Assembly: GCF_006345805.1 (NCBI RefSeq)
Contig: NC_042997.1
Location: 32,612,001-32,676,000 of the forward strand
Length of the DNA: 64,000 bases
From: Octopus sinensis
Lineage: Eukaryota
Direction of reading: 5' to 3'
The position numbers were made by a program, and so were the translations under genes. How positions within the stretch are numbered: the stretch's first letter is position 1; every line of letters begins with the position of its first letter. Shown here in pieces: positions 12,301 through 26,300 of the stretch. The notes beneath the pieces are model-generated. The model saw only the letters and a program-made list of their open reading frames with translations. It ran no database searches and was not told the DNA's origin.

Positions 12301-15300
12301 TCACAGCCGCCACAATCCATTCTGCCTCCACGTTTGGTGGCACTCCCTCCACCCTTATTCGTGTAATCCTCCTGTTTAAATACGTAGGTAACAGTGTTAC
12401 CTTTTCCGACTTCACCGCCTTCGCCGCCATCTTCCTCGCTGCAGACTCAGTTTTAAAGTGCACAACTACGGTCCCGTACTTGGATCCTCGAGTCAGAAAA
12501 TTTATTTCCTCCTCAGTTCTTCGCAGGGCTTCCTCTATCCATTCCATGGATACAACTTCTACCCTCTTCCTTTCGTTTGCGCACACCCTGTAAACAATGG
12601 TCCTCTTATCATACCATTCTTTTCTCCTGGGTGTCGGTGATAGTTCCACCTCACCGCTTTCCTTTTTCATGTGTTTCTGGTAACTTGGTAGCTTGGCCAA
12701 GTCGACCCCTTTCTCTTCCGCCTTCTTGGTTACACCGGCATAAGTATAACTCAGCTTCTTTTCCAATTTCCTTGCTGCCATTTCTAGCTCCTTCTCAGAC
12801 GTAGGCGAGTCTGATAAAGACTCGAAAACTCCAGCCTTTTCCTCCATCAGCTTCACTGCAATTGCCTGTTCCAGTTCCTCATCTGTCGTGGACAAGTCTG
12901 TTAGAGACTCATAGTCCATTTCCTTCTGTCTGACAGACCGAAAACGGCCGCCAAAACAGAAAAAAGTTTAACGCGCTGAACGAGCGAAACGCGAAACCGC
13001 GTCAACGCCGTTCAGAATTTCCACAACAACAACCACGCTTTTTGTTCTTTTTTACCGAATTTTACAGAGCGTAAAAAAACACGACCGACGTCAAACGAAG
13101 TGGTGACGTTTCTTCTAGCTCTATACATTATGAGTTCAAATTCCACTGAAGATGACTTTGCCTTTCATCCTTTTGGGGTTGATAAAATAAGTACTAGTCA
13201 AACACTTTGATCAATATAATTGACTGAGCCCCTCTCACTAAAATCACAGGCCATGTAACAAAATTTGAGACGATTATTATTTAGCTGTTGTTATTTAATC
13301 CCTAAATCATCCCTGATCAAGCTGATACATAATCAAAGACATTCCAGCCATGATCATCTCATCTTATAAATAGGAGTACAATATCTACTTCACCCACACT
13401 GCAGTTTCTAGTCCACAGATGTGCTGTTCCTCTTTCTGCCTTGTCTACCACAACTATAATGGCCCCTTCTTCTTAGAGCTGGCTGGCCTTGTGCTAACTC
13501 CAATCAGACAGCCCTGACTCACTTGTCTCTCCTTCCCCACATCATCTATGCTATGTCCAATTCCCTGGTCCCATATTAACCATACACTCAGCCCTTCCTC
13601 TCAAGAAGGTCATCTTTTTGGAATGTTCTCCCAACTCTTGTTTCCTGCAGGTGTATGCTTGTAACCGTTTAAGTGAAACATTGAGGGCATAAATTTCAGA
13701 GGTTTCAGAGCGGCTGTGAAGACCACAGGCACTGCCCCTTCCTCCAAACCTAACCAGAAAAATAAACAAAATATATTGTATGTTGTGTCCTTTCTGTAAG
13801 ATGTAATTTGAGGAAGAGTTGGCTGTTATTCCTTACCAGTCAAGTGACCTGATTTCTATGTATTTGTTGTTTGTTCTATTTTTGTCTGTTGTATTAGTAA
13901 ATCACATAAAATCAAAATCTCTCTCTCTCTTTCAAAAGAGAGAGAGAGAGATAGGGTGAGTGAGAGGAGAGAGAGAGAGGAGAGAAAGAGAGAAAGAAAG
14001 AAAAACAAATAGACAGATTGATATTGATATATTAATAGCTTCTGTTATCTTTATATTTTCAATGTAAAAGCCACGTCAAGTTTTTGTTGACTGGACGGTC
14101 TTACTTAAGGCCAGATGTCTCGACAGTTGTACAACAAGTTACTCAAAGTACCTACATGCTTACTTCAACTGATTGTGTCATGGAATCAATTTTAATCTAA
14201 AATTCCTTAACCTTTAACACTGCCTTTGTTTCAGTTAATCTTTAAAGTAATGAAGAATTTAGTAAAATAACATTAATATACTGGTGTTTAGAACATAAAT
14301 TTACATAAGATTTTGATGGATGGTTTATTATTTAATTTAGACTTTTTTTTAAAATGGAAAGTTTGTATCATAGGACAAGGAGTAGTTTCAGGGTGGTTGG
14401 TATTAAAAAAAAGTTTAAAGGAACAATTTATCATTGTGGAGCGAGGTCATTACCGGTGCCGCTGGACTGACTCCTGTGCAGGTGGCACATAAAAAACACC
14501 ATTTGAGTGTGGCTGTTTCCAGTACCACCTGACTGGCCCACGTGCCAGTGACATATAAAAACACCCACTACACTCTCGGAGTGGTTAGCATTAGGAAGGG
14601 CATCTAGCTGTAGAAACTCTGCCAGATGAGATTGGAGCCTGGTGCAGCCATCTGGCTCGCCAGTCCTCAGTCAAATCGTCCAACCCATGCCAGCATGGAA
14701 AGCAGATGTTAAACGATGATGATGATGATGATGATGATGATGTCAGACCAAACAGTTCGATCCAAAAATACATTTACTTGATGTTATCTAACACTATTAC
14801 AAATTTTAGAAGGCAGTGAGCTGGCAGAATCATTAGCATGCCAGACAAAATGCTTAGTAGCATTTCATACAGCTTTATGTTCTGAGTTCAAATTCTGCTG
14901 AAGTCAACTTTGCCTTTCATCTTTCCAGAGTTGATTACAGTAAGTACTAGTAAAACACTGGGGGGTCAATGTAATCAATTTACCCGCTCTCAATGAACAT
15001 GCTGGTCTTGTACCAAAATTTGAGACCAATATTATTACAAACTTTTTTCTCAGTATGAGTAAATAAGAGATAGTATAGTGTTCCTAGAATCTTAGAAATG
15101 TTAAAACATACATGAAGGTTTGTTTTTATTTTTATGAATCAGTCAGAGGATGACAGGCAATGAGTGAAATGTTTGTATTTCTTTCCTTCTCACTCTCATC
15201 ACGACAACAATGAGGACGACGATGACAACCACCACCACCACCACTACCACCATCATCAACATCTACTTTTCCATTGTTGCATGGTCACACTGAATTTGTT

Positions 15301-17314
15301 GAGGCAGATTTTTCTACAACCAGATGCCCTTCCTATCGACATGCTTTTCTCAGAAAACTGGAAATGAACAATCTTGCTTGTATGATGATGATGATGATGA
15401 TGCTTGTTTACAACTATCAAGTGATGTCAAGACAAAGATACACACAAACACAGATGTATGTGCATGCACACACACACACACACACACACACCACACACAC
15501 ACACACATCTATCCTTTACTGAGGTCATACTGAGGCACTGCCTTGAAGATCTTTAGTTGAATGAATTGACTTCAGTACCTATTTCTCATTTTTTGAAAGT
15601 CTTGTACTTATTCTATTGGTCCCTTTTGTCAAATTACTAAGTTATGGGGAGGTAAACACACCAACACCAGTTGTCAAGTGGTGGGGTAAACCCAGACACA
15701 AAGACACACTTATGTATTTATATATATATCTATAATACATTAAAAATCAGCTTGAATCTTGCTTGCTTGCTTGCTTGCAATGTTGCCCAGCCAAACTGGT
15801 ACATAATGAGAAAATACTATGAATTAAGTTTACCCTGAAATGTTAATATGAACAGAATAAAACAAGTTTTGCATAAATTCGATAAGATGTTTTAGAGATA
15901 TTAGAGGTTATTGGGTATAAATACCCAAAATGGTGAATAATGGGAAAATATTCTGAAAATAATCTTAATCCTGAAAAGGAAGAAACTTTTATCTTTCAAT
16001 TAGACACAGTGACTTGAAAACAAAAAATACAAGTTTTTTACAGTAAATGTTTCTATTTTTGTTTTTGTTAGACACAATATTTTAATCATTTAGAAATATT
16101 TTTAAGTGAATGTGATTTCAAAAATGTAAGTTGTTTGTACAGTAAGTATTTATATTTTAGCTTTCTTTAAGTAGACTATATTTTAATGTTTTTTAAAATT
16201 ATTTTCAGGTGAATGCCATTACAAAAATTTTTTTGGCATATTTAAAAAAATATTTCAAAGTGAAAATGACTTTAAAAATACAGTAAATATTTTGTAAAAG
16301 ACCCATTCATAACCTCGCTGTGAAATAATTTTTTCAATAGTTTTTTTTTTCTGAATGCATTCAACGTATCTCACACCTAAAGATTTGGCTGCTATGTTTA
16401 TCATGCCCTGCTACCACATAACAGCTATTTGTGATAAAGGACCCCAAATAACTGTAACATGGTAAGAAATAGCAGCCAAATCTTTTCTTTTCTGGGGAAA
16501 GGAGCCATTTACGCATGATTTCAATGTCACATTTGTTGAAAGCATGCAAAATAACCTGGGAAAGAAAAACACCCCATATCCTGAACGCCTTACTTCCCTG
16601 GGCATGGACACATTGAAACTCCGATGTCTGGCAGCTGACTTGGCAGACACCCATAAAATTATTAACCATCGTACAAACAATAACTCTGAGCACCTTTTCC
16701 AACTCCACCTATCTAACACCCGTGGACATATTTACAAAGTCAGAAAACAGCACAGCTCCCATGACTTCAGGAAACATTTTTTCACACAGAGAGTTGCTGA
16801 AGCATGGAACAAACTGCCGGCATCAGTTGTTAGTTGTTGGAGCACTGCATCCTTCAAAACTTCCATGCTTCCTGAGATTCGCCAACACTACACCTGATTT
16901 TCTCCCCTCCATACACACACAAGCATGTATCTGACTCAGACATTGTTCGCTTTACAGACATTTGTACATTACTGTATATACTCTATGTGCACTTTCTGAC
17001 AAGTTGTGGTGCACCTGAGCACTTGTATACAATTAATTTCATTATTATTAAAACAAAACTCTGATGCTTGGAAACTCAGAGTTTCCCGATGACCCAATGG
17101 GTAGTCCAGTATATATACACAATGGTCTCCTTTTAGCTGCCATCTATCAAATCCACTCATAAAGCTTCATTTGTCTCAAGGCTATAGTAAAAGACACTTG
17201 ACCAAAGTGGCATGCAGTGGGACTGAACCCAGAACCATGAGGTTGGGAAGCAAACTTCTTGCCATACAGCCATGCCTGTGTCTATGAGCTATGCCAGCAC
17301 TATATTTCTTTTAA

Positions 17315-17360
<46 letters not shown>

Positions 17361-20300
17361 GAAGTAGCATGAAACGATTGTACTACACTACCTTTGGATA
17401 TCCTTGTTGCTTATTTTGATTATAATCACTCCATTTGATTTATATGGTTAATACCATACCAAATCCTGGTGCCTTTAACTTAAGTACCATATTCATATGA
17501 ATCTAAATTTTTGCTGAACTTATATATACATTTCCAAGCGATTGCAGTCCCTATGAACATATATGTATACAATTATGTTGTTTTCCTACAGCATTGAAGC
17601 ATTTTAGCTCTTATTTCTAGCAATGTAGGTGTTCTGATACCCTTAATCACATCTAGTGACAATTCTATATTTCCTTTATGGTAACAACATTGTGCATGGA
17701 TGTTTATATTAATTTGGGCAAGTGTCTTCTGCTATAGCCCCGGGCCGACCAATGCCTTGTGAGTGGATTTGGTAGGCGGAAACTGAAAGAAGCCCGTTGT
17801 ATATATGTATATATATGTGTGTGCGTGTATGTTTGTCCCCCTAGCATTGCTTGACAACCGATGCTGGTGTGTTTACGTCCCCGTTACTTAGTGGTTCGGC
17901 AAAAAAGACCGATAGAATAAGTACTGGGCTTACAAAAGAATAAGTCCCGGGGTCGAATTGCTCGATTAAAGGCGGTGCTCCAGCATGGCCGCAGTCAAAT
18001 GACTGAAACAAGTAAAAGAGTAAAGAGTATATAAAACCACTCTCTCCCTGACTGGATATATCTCTACAGAAGGAAACCTGTTTCTGTCTCTCTGTCACAC
18101 TCTATCCTTTCATCATCTGACACAAAATCACCTCCTCCAATACCCCCTCCCCTCTCAAAGGATCTTTGCCTTGCAAATTACTTGGTGACCCTGCCAGTGC
18201 TGGTGCCATATAAAAAGTATCCAGTCCACACTGTAAAGTGGTTGGTGCTGCAAAAAAATCATTCCAAAACTGACAGTGAGGCCTGGTGCCCTCTTCTGCC
18301 TAGCTCTTGCCAAACTGTCCAACCCATGCCAGCATGGAAAGCAGATATTAAATGATGATGATGATGATGATGATGACACACAAACTCATTTAAAAAAGAC
18401 TTTAAAGCTTAAATATAAAACTCACTTTTTCTTTCCCCATCTCACTCTTTCATTTTGCTCCTCCCTACTCCCTTTCTCTTTCCTCTTCCCCAGTTCTCTC
18501 TTCCTCCCACCATTTATGTGTGTGTGTGTGTGTGTGTGTGTTTGTGTGTATGTGTGTGTATGTGTGTGTATGTGTGTGTATGTGTGTGTATGTGCGTGTG
18601 TGTGTGTTTGTGTGTATGTGTGTGTGTATGTGTGTGTGTGTGTGTAAGTTTACCTGGAATGCCATTTGACAAGTGAAGATGAGTTTGTCCTTCTCAAAGA
18701 GTCCTCGTGTGGTGTAGATAAAAACTGAATATGTAATACTGTCAATCAAGTTGACAACTCGTTGTTTGACATCATCAGCTGGCTCAGCACGTTCTATAGC
18801 CTTTTCAAACACCACACTGAAAGCCTGAAATTAGAGTTTTAGGGATTAGCACTTTGAAATACCAACAAATATATACTTTTTTTTTTATTATCTGTTTCAG
18901 CTATTAATCCACAGCTATGATAGAGCACTGTATCTGAAGGTTTTCAGACAATCATATTGAACCCAGCGTTTATTTCAATCATGTACATATATCTGTGAAG
19001 TGAATGGCTAAGTTACTGTTTTGCATGAATGGACACAATTCAACACACCATTTTACACTTGTATACAAACTCCACTATGAGGCCTTAGGGTGTTTTTGTA
19101 AATGTCTCATTTATAACTACATATTGACCTACCATAAATGGCTAATATGAGTTAAATGAGACATGCTTATCTACATGGCCGAAACAGCTGTAAGATATAG
19201 TCTATATTTATATTTATGTGTACTTATATTTATGTTCTATTATACGTTTTCTACTTATTGTATAACATTACTATTTTATGTACACTCCTTCATGTACACT
19301 GTTTTACCCTGCATTTGGTCATCTAGCACATTAATAGCTACAGTCCCATTGTCCATGAAACAATACCCTGCAGTCTTAAAAATGGAAGGACCCATTAGAT
19401 AATGTTGTTCTCAATACATGATATCTGAATGAAAAGTAAAATGAAGATTGATAGGGCACAGATTAAATGTCTTTGAGAATAGGTTTTCCAGATTAAGATT
19501 GACCTTAAACTGAATAGCAAAATCAGTAGCAGCAACTGTTGCAATATTTTAACTATCTTAACTATATAAACTGTATGTATTCAGTAAAGATATATATATA
19601 AAAAAACAATTACAACTACAAAAACAACAAAGGAGCCTCAGAATAGCTAGCTGCTTCTAAAAATATCAACCAAATATCTTTCAATTCATACCTCTTTTGT
19701 CTCGAAAAAATTTAGGGACACATTTGATAATATAGTTTTAGATATGTACTACTTGAGAAAAAGAAGGGTTGTATAAAACTAGAATCCCTTTGATCATATG
19801 TATACAATAATTTCATTATTATTATTTCATTATTATTATTATTATTATAAATCTGCTCAGAATTATGATCAAAGTTTGACCAGTAGCCAAGTAAAAGTTA
19901 CTATAAAAAACAGCAAAATCAATTAAAAATAAAAACTCTTGGACTGTAATTTTACCTTGAGAGAGAACTGGTACATAGGATTGATTTTGCTCAGTTCATT
20001 CAACTGGAAGTAGAGTAACGATGCTCTTTCAGCTGCTGGTCTGTAGCTTTCTCGGGCCAAGTTGATTTCCTTCTCTGTTTTCTTTGCTTCAACCACTTTG
20101 ACTTCAATCTCTGCCGCTGTCCGTTTGGTAATCTCAAGATTCTCTACCAGAGCATAATCTCCCAAGAAGTTTCCTTCAGCAGCTGACAATCGAGCAAGTA
20201 GAGAATCTTCAAGTTTCTGGAATATAGAAATAATTTGTAAAGAGCTGGTTCAATTACTAAGATGTAAGAATACAGAATAGTATAGCAATTTATGTAGACC

Positions 20301-23300
20301 TGACTCAGTTACAGTGATGTAGCAGCTTGTAACAGTCTAGTAATTCATAAGGAGCTGGCTCAATTATTGAACTGTAAGACAGGTCTCACCATTTATAAAG
20401 AGTCAGATAAGTTATTGAGATGTAAGTCTATACCTGTTCCTCTATCAAACGCCCTAATCCTGGCTCAAAACCACATCCCTTGATACTGCAACTCTGCTCA
20501 ATGGAGAGGTTTTATCTAGCAAGTTACTAGATGATGTCACCAGAGTATGGGCCAAAGCATGGGCTCTGAAAAATTTACCTGGTATGTTCTGTAAAGTGGT
20601 TGGAATTAGGAAGGGTATCCAGAGGTTGAAGCCATGCCAAAGCAGTCTCTAGAAGGCAACTCACTTGTGCCCGTGCTAGTAGGGTGCCAAGAGTACCATC
20701 CAAGCGTGATTGTTGCCAGAGCGGCTAACTGGCTTCCGTGCCGGTGGCATGTAAGGGCACCATTCAAGCATGATCATTACCAGTGTCGCCCTACTGACAC
20801 CAGTGCCAGTGGCATCTGTAAAAAGGATCAAACGAGGTCATTGCCAGTACCGCCTGACTGGCCCCCATGCTGGTGACACTTAAAAAGCACCCACTACACT
20901 CTCAGAGTTGTTGGCATTAGGAAGGGCATCCAGCTGTAGAAACTCTGTCAGATCAAGATTGGAGCCTGGTGCAGCCATCTGGTTCGCCAGTCCTCAGTCA
21001 AAATCATCCAACCCATGCTAGCATGGAAAGCGGACGTTAAACGATGATGATGATGATGATATGCTAGTGAACATTTTAGATCTAGATTGATGTAAATATA
21101 ATTGTGTTACTTGACTAAATTATTACAATATTAATATTGGTATAAAGCCATGAATTCAATGGAAGGGTCAGCACAGTACTTGACAAGAACTTATTTTATA
21201 AACCCAGAAGGATGAAAGGCAAAGTTCACCAAAACAATATTAGTGGCAAGGATAAATTATTTTGCAGTTAAGCTAACTGAAGCTTAACTAAGTAGAGTAG
21301 TGTGTTATGCTTAAGGTTGTATTAAAAAAAGGATTAAGCTCATTTCACCTGGCACTTACACTACCTGTACTACTTCACTCACCATATCTTAAAGAATATG
21401 TAACTTACCTTGAGTGTAATTTTGAATTCATTTTGTTGATGTGTAAGATCTGATTTTAGCCGTTCCAGATCTGGTCTTTCTTTGCTGACAACTGCAGCTA
21501 GAAGCTGTTCCTCAAGTCCATCTCGAGTAACTGTGAAATTTATCAATGTTGTTTGTGCCTGCATCTCAGGTTTGTAATGTGGATTTGCCAGTTTGGTATG
21601 TAGAATCAGCTGGAATGTAGAGTTATACTCCACTTCTTTGTCTCCCATTCGGATGGCTTGTCCCTGGAAAATATTTCAGTGTTTCATTTTAGGATAAAAA
21701 TGATTTTTTTTTTCCCTACAATAAAATTCAAGTTTTCTCCATAGGAAGAAATAGATATAGCACTACAATCCAATGAATCACACATCTTTATATATAAAAG
21801 TCAAGTTGTGTGTCTGTCTCCTACGATTTAGATTCTTAACTACTCCCACATTTTGCGGTGCAGTTTAACCAAAAGTGGGTATCTTATAGTCGTGATTCAT
21901 ATCGAGCCCATCTGGGTATTAGCGCACGTCTACGATGAGTCTACGATTTAAAAAAAAATTTACCATCATTTTTTTCCATTTTAATGCATTTTTTCGCTAT
22001 TATATAAGGGAAGTAACTCTCTAAAAATATCTACGATGAGTTAACGATTTAAAAAAAAAATTACCATCATTTTTTTTTCCATTTTTAGTGCATTTTTATG
22101 CTATTTTTTGGCTATAACTCTCTAAAAATGCTTATTTAGTTATTTCCCTTACAAACCCGAGCAACGCTGGGCGATACTGCTAGTTAATTCTAAAGTTCTT
22201 CCACTTTTTGGAACAATTAAAGCAACAAAAATAAAATCAACAACCAGACAAAAATGGAATTCTTTTTTGGATATGTCTTACTTTTTTAATGGTATTTCTT
22301 CCCAAGAGAGGATCTAAGACTGGATCAATAGATTCCCCAAGGTTTTCAATGAGAACAGTTTCTCCAGTAGATATTGCTTTCTCAATGATTTCAAGACAGC
22401 CCTTTTGACCAAGACGTACAACCTGTAGGGAAAGAAGAAAAAAAGAGGAGAAAAGGGAAATTAAAAATAGACAGATATAGACAAACTGAAAAGGCTACAT
22501 ATTAATATTTACAGATATACAAGGATTTTACAAATGATTAGTTGATTCTAAACGAAAATTAGCGATCTTTTTCTTTTATTATTTTACTGGTTTCAGTCAC
22601 TGGACTGTGGTCATGCTGGGGCTCTGCCTTAAAGTGTTGGTTTTTGATTCACCACATCACTTCCACCTCTATACCAATAGATTTTTTTTCCAATGTGCCA
22701 GGGACTAGTAATATTTCATAGTAATATTAATTGATACTGGAAACAATATATATAACAAATATAATGAAAGTTGACAATTTTTTAAATCTTATATTTATTT
22801 TGTAAACAAATAATACAATATTACATAAGCATTTTATAAGCATTTTATAATGTTTCTTTCTTTTCTGGAAACTTGCTGCATACTGGCAGCTGATGTCTCG
22901 CAGGCCGGTGCCAGTCCATGGACCACCACTTTAAGTAGCACTGCCATAGACCAAAGATTTTGAGGACACTGGTTTGAGATTAAGTTCAGGAAGAGGTTTT
23001 TAGTCCTTTCCATGCATCACAAGAAGAATTGAACTCAATGCAACAAGCTAACAAAATACTTAGTGAAGTAAATGCTATCACACTTAATGGGACAAGTTTA
23101 ATAATCAAGACTATACATGTTTCAAGGAGGTAAATATTGCTGGATTGCGGTTAAATCAACTAAACAATAAATCCATATTCTTTTCTACTCTAGGCCCGAA
23201 ATGTTTGGGGAGGGAGGGCCAGTCGATTAGATCAACCCCAGTATGCAACTGGTACTTAATTTATCAACCCTAAAAGGATGAACGGCAAAGTCAACCACAG

Positions 23301-26300
23301 CAGAATTTGAACTTAGAACGTGAAGACAGACGAAATACACCTAAGCATTTCACCCAGCATGCTAATGTTTTTGCCAGCTCACTACCTTCAATAAATCCAT
23401 ATTACACTAAAATCCTGATGAACAGATGCTAATATCAGGGAAATCTAGGAGCTGTAAGCAACTCACTTTGTAAGGCAGCAAGCCATTGGAATCATTAGCA
23501 TGCCAAGCAAAATACTTAGTGGCATTTTGTCTGTCTGTGTTCTTAATTCAGATTCCACTGAGGTCAACTTTATCTTTCATCCTTTGAGGGTCAATAAAAT
23601 AAGTACCATTTGGACATTAGGGTCAATGTTATTGACTCACCTCCCATAAAATTGCTGGCTTTAGGTTAAAAATTTGAAACCAATATTTGTCATAGAGGAC
23701 TGTGACAAACAAAATCAATTGTTTTGATTTTACTGTTAACTAGAAATTAATTAAAGAGTGACAGCTCAACTGAATAACTGAATTAATTTGAGACAATATA
23801 TATCTGTATAAGAGATCAATAAGCAAATTGAACCATTTTGCATTATAGTACATTTTAAATGGTTCCTTACTTATGGGACACTTGGTATATGTGTTCAAAA
23901 TAGCAGCAGAGAAAAGACAACATAACAGCTAATGACTATAAGACATGTTAACAATTTTTACAAACCTTCAGTGTTGAAGAAAATCTTTTCTTAATCCACT
24001 TTATTCCTTGAAGCTGAGGATCAACCATTAGGGGCCATCTCTCACAGTTTGTCAGTATGGTAGCATTTTCAATTGACATCCGGTCACTAGGTAAACCCTC
24101 ATTGTTCCACTCAGCAATACTTGCATCATCTGTTAGTAAAGTCAAAGGGTCTAAACCTTCAGATATGGGAATTATTTCCTTTACTGAATTCAGATAATTA
24201 GTCCAGTGCTTATTGATGAGGTCGAGCCTGTATGATTTTGTAAAGCATCCAAGGTATGAGACAAATGATGTGATGAGTAGTGTGTCACCTGGTAGAGTTA
24301 TTTCTTGTTTTTTAAGTCCTCTGATTGACTCAGCCCATCTGACATTTTCAGAAGCCAGTCCTCCAACAAGCCGATTAGCCAAAACGATGGTCTTATTTGT
24401 AGCATCTGCTTCTGCTTGACACTTCATTTTTGCATTTGTAGCTTCTTCAAATTCATTTGTCAGTTTAGCCAGAGATTTTTCAAGTTCTGTGATTTTATTC
24501 TGAATGACAGCCAGCTTGTCTTGAGCAGCGGCCAATTCTGCATTTGCTTGGTTTAGTGCAATTCTCTTTGGTTCTACCTCACAAAATACTTCATAAAACC
24601 TCATAATATTGATTACCCAAGCACAGAGACCAGCTGCAGCTGAGGACTTGGCACTTATCAACTCAGGGTTGAATTCCTTGTCTGTGAGGTAGGCCTGAAT
24701 TGCTTTACGGCAGTTTTCATGAATGTTTTCTTTGTCATATTCTTTCAGCTGAACCAATAATGTATCAACCTAAACAACAACAATAATGCTTTCAAAGTTA
24801 TATTCCAAAATAAAAATGATTTTAAAAAATACAATTATTACCTACTTAACTATTCAAATTATCTACAAACAGTTGCACCATCGTCATCATCATCATCTTC
24901 ATTTTATGTCCACTTTCCATGCTAGCATGGGTTGGACGAGTTGTAAAAGTTTGAACCAGTTATTATTCGAAGTTACTGTCCTCCTGGGTGGTTTGGAAGG
25001 CCACAACTTGCTTATATGTTTCCTCTGTGATTTGTCATCTATAGCTGGATGCCTTTCCTATCACCAACCAGTTTACAGAATGTATGGGGTGCCTTTTATC
25101 ATGTAGGTTGTCATATCCTCAAGACTGGAAAGTCCTCTTAGTTCTACATTGTCCCCACTCATCTGCCAAACACTCTACAGAGTGTACTGGGTGGTAATTA
25201 TCATGACACTAGCATTAGTGAAGTTGCCTTGTACCCCATATTTCTTATTTGTACATTACAAAATTATAAATGTTTACCAAAGAGTTTAACTTAGCAAGTT
25301 TGTTTTGCTATATACACAGTTTAATTTTCCATACTGAATTCCATCTAAGCTAGCAGTTAATTATAATCTATCCACTTGGACATATTGTCTTAAAAAATAA
25401 TTATATATACAGCTGTAAATGGCTGAGAATCATTTTATTGGTTCACGAAACAGCAGATATCAGTGAGATATCCAGTTTCTGGTTGGTTATATTCTACAAT
25501 AATTTTAGCTATATCCAAGGACAAAACTACCTCTACCATCTTAGCTATTATGGTAACATTCAACAGTTCAAAGTATATATTTAACAGCTCTTACCTTACT
25601 CATTATAGTAGATTTTGCTGCTTTCCAGCTCCTGTCTTTAGGAATCTTCCCTCCTGGCGCTAACAAAACCATCACTGCAGCAGTGACATTTGTCACAGCG
25701 CTAGGCGGTGCTCCAAAAGATTTCATTTCTGTCAAGTTACTCTTTTAAAGAAAAATAATAAGAAAGAAATATAAAAAAATGGAAAGAAATAACTAATGTA
25801 CATCAAACAGATTTTTTTTCCTTTGTATAACAAAGTTGAAATTCTTAATATGTATAGCTATATCATAATACTACATTGATTTCAAATTTTGGCACAATGC
25901 CAGCAAGTTTGGAGGAAGGGGTAAGTCAGTTACATCGACCCCAGTGCTCAACTGGTACTTATTTTATCGACCCCAAAAGGATGAAAGGCAAAGCTGACCT
26001 CATCGGAATTTGAACTTAGAACATAAAGATGGATGAAATACTTATTTCTTTACTACCCACAAGGGGCTAAACACAGAGGGGACAAACAAGGATAGACAAA
26101 CGGATTAAGTCGATTACATCGACTCCAGTGCATAACTGGTATTTAATTTATCGACCCCGAAAGGATGAAAAGCAAAGTCAACCTCGGCGGAATTTGAACT
26201 CAGAACGTAAAGACAGACGAAATACCGCTAAGCATTTCGCCCGGCGTGCTAACGATTCTGCCAGCTCGCAGCCTTGAATATTATATTGATATGTTATATA

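Noticed and set aside
13380-13780. 72-aa ORF region as a nested gene
   Set aside because: It has no motif or splice support and is probably decayed repeat.
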